64,000 bases of DNA from Octopus bimaculoides (taxonomy: Eukaryota), in NCBI RefSeq assembly GCF_001194135.2, contig NC_068986.1, positions 1,230,088-1,294,087 of the forward strand, written 5' to 3'. The stretch's first letter is position 1, and each line of letters opens with the position of its first letter. Position numbers and translations under genes: made by a program. Below are positions 63,815 to 64,000 of this stretch, piece by piece. The notes under the pieces were generated by a model, which saw nothing but the letters and a program-made list of their open reading frames with translations, did no database searches and was not told the origin of the DNA.

Positions 63815-64000
63815 ATGAAATTTAGCTGCTTTCTCTAGCAGGTCAGATAACCACTTTGAAGTTACCTTGTCAGCTTAATAAATTATTGTGTAAGTGTGGA
63901 AGTTGGTGGTGATGGTAGTGTGTGGGTGTGCATGTGTGGAATGGGAGGGTGGTGTGTTTGCGTGTGTGTGCAGTGGGGGTGACTGAATGATTGTGTGTGG

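Noticed and set aside
56326-64000. Next espin exon (last ankyrin repeat)
   Set aside because: No matching open frame with splice sites was found by eye; it presumably lies beyond the window.

Overview
Eukaryotic, very AT-rich, repeat-dense genomic DNA from a gapped draft assembly (four N runs). It is not prokaryotic: no operons, CRISPR arrays, rRNA or true tRNA genes were found. The SINE families, microsatellite load and transposon spectrum look like an octopus (coleoid cephalopod) genome; this is an inference from recalled repeat sequences, not a database hit. The only well-supported host coding sequence is two consecutive, in-frame GT-AG exons on the + strand (51347-51533 and 56140-56325). 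They encode ankyrin repeats resembling the N-terminal domain of espin/forked. The exon preceding 51347 and the exon following 56325 were not found, so most of the window is probably very long intron or flanking sequence. The rest is interspersed repeats: at least four tRNA-headed or LINE-tailed SINE families, TTAA-flanked piggyBac-like MITEs, a 3'-truncated Tigger/pogo transposon, a mariner fragment, R4/Dong-like and RTE LINE 3' ends, a Penelope-like fragment, fold-back elements and microsatellites. Nearly all ORFs in the supplied track are spurious. The most notable unannotated signals are several hammerhead-ribozyme-like motifs (one with a ~100 nt extended helix II), a genomic Arg codon at a conserved ankyrin Gly that one A-to-I edit would restore, and inverted SINE pairs enclosing the exons.
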